Positions 63,544-64,000 of a stretch of 64,000 bases of DNA are shown here, in pieces. Numbering within the stretch: the first letter of the stretch is position 1; each line of letters opens with the position of its first letter. Made by a program: the position numbers and the translations under genes. The DNA comes from Callorhinchus milii (taxonomy: Eukaryota): assembly GCF_018977255.1 (NCBI RefSeq), contig NW_024704743.1, positions 79,982,001 to 80,046,000 on the forward strand, read 5' to 3'. The notes beneath the pieces are model-generated. The model did not search any database and was not told the DNA's origin. It saw only the letters and a program-made list of their open reading frames with translations.

Positions 63544-64000
63544 CTCAACATCTTCTTATGCTTTGTTTAATGTCTGTGTGCCTTCTTTCTCTCCTGGTTG
63601 GGAAATGTGTACAAAATAAATGAAGCAGCCTCCCCCTCCTTTTTCCCTTCCACTACCCCCTGCAATGCTATTCTCCATGAGTCTGTTAAACTAGGTCTTC
63701 CATTGGACCCTGGTTTGCGAATGGTATCTACAGAGTGGCTGGTAAAAGGGTGACTTTGGAAAGAGTTATTGTCTCTTGAAGAGGTGTTTGGCAAAGTGTT
63801 CAAGAGAAAGAGAGAGTGAATAAAATTGCACAGATTATGTCATCACACAGAGGCCTCCCAGGTTCTGGTGTGGGGTTGCGGTCCAGGCTGAAACCTAGAA
63901 TAAGTGAGTGTTCCAAAAGCACAACTTAAAATAATAAGGGCACACAATGTGATGAGAATGTTCTACAATGAAATGTGGCACAAAATTGTGTATGTAAATT

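Noticed and set aside
1..64000. Prokaryote-type operon, defence or CRISPR-Cas system
   Set aside because: No gene-dense coding, operons or Cas-like ORFs; the DNA is vertebrate repeat-rich sequence.

Overview
This is repeat-rich vertebrate genomic DNA, intronic or intergenic. The repeat landscape (abundant L2 and CR1 LINEs, a young tRNA-Ala-headed SINE with an L2-type tail, and older DeuSINE/SacSINE1-like copies) points to a cartilaginous fish, possibly a holocephalan. That assignment is inferred from recalled repeat families, not from a database hit. I recognise no host protein-coding exon, true tRNA/rRNA gene, CRISPR array or prokaryote-type system. Nearly all long ORFs in the track are LINE ORF2 relics or their antisense shadows. 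Main structures: (1) a TSD-bounded, apparently single-ORF L2 at 14542-17852 whose RT core is replaced by a younger L2 3' fragment; (2) a young 5'-truncated CR1 at 34286-35505; (3) two antisense SINE-in-SINE insertions at almost the same host position; (4) several palindromic MITE-like relics; (5) three CpG-retaining unique islands that may be regulatory elements; (6) a few unverified exon candidates and one unclassified coding-like stretch near 63.2-63.8 kb. Boundaries of old repeats are approximate. I found no convincing novel biological system; the findings are leads to test.
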